DNA from: Lepidodermella squamata
Taxonomy: Eukaryota; Animalia; Gastrotricha
NCBI GenBank assembly: GCA_047495785.1
Contig: JBLDXI010000017.1
Location: 2,976,001-3,040,000 of the forward strand
Reading direction: 5' to 3'
DNA: 64,000 bases
Below are positions 61,851 to 64,000 of this stretch, in pieces; the stretch's first letter is position 1; the number at the start of each line of letters is the position of its first letter. The translations under genes were made by a program, and so were the position numbers. The notes under the pieces were generated by a model. That model was not told the origin of the DNA. It was given only the letters and a program-made list of their open reading frames with translations, and ran no database searches.

Positions 61851-63305
61851 TTAAACGTTGCTTTTGAAGCCGGAGTGTTTAGGCGATGGTGTGTTAAACG
61901 TTTTAGGCAGATTAACCACAGGATTAACTGTGTAGATGTACATGGCCACCGATACGATAATGATAGCCAAGGCTGTGGTCAGATTTATTGGAATTCCAAA
62001 CAATATCCAGCTCATCAAGGCGGTGAACATGAGCTCAAAAGAGTTGGCAAACACCTTGACGATCGAATTGAGATATTTGAGAAACATGCTAGTGATGATA
62101 CCTGTTGATGAATAAGGTAGGTAATCGATTTAAATCAAAATTTTCATCAACGCTTGACTCACCGGCAGCACAATTATTAACCATTATGCAAATGACCATT
62201 GGCTTGAAAACGGAAAGGAACGCGTCGGACCAGGATGCGTTTATTGAGGAGCCCGAATTGCCGCCGCCAGAGTACATCAGCACTAAAATGTTGCACACGC
62301 ACGAGTCGAGATACATGAATATATTTTGAACCATTATATGCGCGTTCTTGCCAGTTTCCTATCGATTTCACAGTTAAACAAAAGGTCAATCACAGGTAAT
62401 GTCTCACTCACCTTAAGCAAATATTCATTGTAGACGCCGGCGATGCAGGAACACAAAACTTGGGTAAGCATTAACAAGAAATGAACGTTGAAAAACGAAT
62501 GCCACAGAAAATCGGCAGCGCTGCTGGAAGATTCGGCAGAGGCACCATTCGTACTATTTGAACCCTTGTTATCATGAGCGGATGCGAAATTCATTTGTTT
62601 GATGATACAGCCCATTGTGAGAACTATAAGCGAAAGCCATTGCATAGGCGTAAGCTTTTTGCGGAAGAACACTTGGAAGGTGGCCCCGGTGAGCAGGACT
62701 CGCATTTGTAGCAAAATGAAATACGTGGTCGGGTCATACCAGGCCAAATTTAGAAATGACAAATTGTTGTATAATGCGTAGAGACCAGCTGGGACGAAGT
62801 ACCAGATACCCACTAAATAAAATTGTAAGATGCTGTGCAATAAGAAAAGCGAAATTCAACTCACATCGGTAATGTGTCTTAATTTCAGATAATAGTCCAG
62901 CCAAACTGCGTCTGAAGTAGAGAGAAAAATTATGTCGATCACTTAAAAATGTAGCTTATTACTCTTGGAAAAGGTAGATTGAAACTGACACCACAAGCTT
63001 GCTCAACTCGGTTAGTAAAACGACCGCGACAATGCTGTAGTCGTAAGTGCTATTCCCGTTCTTAGTAGCAGTGACAAGAATGCCTAGGTGAGAACGGTAA
63101 ATTTGAAAGTCAAATATTTTGTTAGCAACAAACCTTGATTTACGAACAAAGAGACGTAAGTGACGAATATCACGAACGTCGAAAATGTGGGAAACATTTC
63201 GCCGCAGAGGAAGCCATTTTTCTTTCGGGGACTAGTCATGACTTCTTCCGTCAAATCTGTAGATAGCAACAGTTCTTCGTCGGATTTCTTCATGTCGGCG
63301 GTCAT
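61851..63305 (-). CDS. senju: Nucleotide-sugar transporter, SLC35A family (senju-like), multi-exon
   Basis: FPT..TFVIFVTYVSLFVNQGILVTA, VVLLTELSKL, YFVPAGLYALYNNL, DPTTYFILLQ, AGVYNEYLLK, VQNIFMYLDS, FLKYLNSIVKVFA. Confidence 0.9.
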
Positions 63306-63788
63306 ATTCAAGTGAGCTAACTAGTGGCAGCTGGACATACAATGTATCTAAGCAGGGCACTATTAAATGAAAAATATAGTTTGATTAGCTTTCATCATAA
63401 AAATTGTTTGCTCCGTAAAAAATCAGTAGTATGACATGGCTTTAGAATTATTCCATTAGGTGTATAGCATGACTTGCAAGCAAAAAGTTGATAGTTAAGC
63501 ATAGACTAGGAAGGAAAGCGTAGGAACGGCACAAAATATAAGTATCAGGGAAATAAGTAACGATATCACAAAAAAATAGACTCTGTTCACTGTCAACAAA
63601 TATCCAGCTGATATTACTGATGCCGCCAGCATGAATCGCCAGCAATCGAGGCACAACAATTTTTGAAGTTGCGTATAACAGAATGCTTGAGTATGCATAT
63701 ATTCCAGCTACATAGCAGAAAGTCACTTTTTCATCCACATACTAAGCGTCAACTTGAAATTATTAGGTGATGATTAAAATATTTATTT

Positions 63789-64000
63789 CTATAAAACATC
63801 TGAGGTTCTAGTTTCAGGTTGTTCACCAGGGCCAGACGGTTCAGAGGGGTAGAACACCTTTTCCACTTTGGATGTAGTTGACAAAGAAGCGAGGTTTCTT
63901 GTGTTGCCACTGCTTGATGATTTTCTCAGAATACTGGGTTTCGAAGGACTCTGATTTTCAGGATTGAGCTTAGTTCGTTCATTCGACATCGAAATAAAGA
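63789..64000 (-). CDS. Low-complexity ORF at the window edge, probably the 3' end of the next gene
   Basis: Ser/Pro-rich 66-aa ORF; no family recognised. Confidence 0.3.
   Translation of the reverse strand, partial: FISMSNERTKLNPENQSPSKPSILRKSSSSGNTRNLASLSTTSKVEKVFYPSEPSGPGEQPETRTSDVL

Noticed and set aside
63336-63347. DMRT-like binding palindrome ATACAATGTATC
   Set aside because: A single short motif 35 kb from the dmrt gene; compatible with chance.
63448-63738. Hydrophobic ORFs upstream of senju
   Set aside because: No family signal; likely UTR or intergenic sequence.

Overview
Eukaryotic DNA from a compact invertebrate animal genome: most introns are about 45-65 nt, genes are tightly packed, and there are a TTAGGG-like remnant and dmrt93B- and senju-type genes. 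The ORF track breaks most genes into exon fragments; I rebuilt the models by hand from GT/GC-AG junctions. Left to right: a 4-CUB surface protein, a single-CH-domain protein, a divergent Cys-loop channel subunit, an orphan 4-TM protein, four intronless COMTD1-like O-methyltransferases, three divergent GABA-B-like class C GPCRs with a MITE-filled spacer, a dmrt93B-like gene, a lone H4-H3 pair, three MMPs, a secreted Ly6/three-finger protein missed by the ORF track, a non-coding ~10-exon host gene with eight C/D snoRNAs and one H/ACA-like RNA (one per intron), EHD, two serine protease genes, a 9-bp-TSD MITE, an atypical rhodopsin-class GPCR, XPD/ERCC2, ZNRD2/SSSCA1, ZFYVE21 and a senju/SLC35A transporter. 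The most notable hidden structures are the snoRNA host gene (39.8-42.1 kb), the three-finger gene beside it, the Gly at the 9' gate position of the channel, and the tail-less GABA-B-like receptor expansion. Family and rRNA-target assignments rest on recalled motifs, not database searches.
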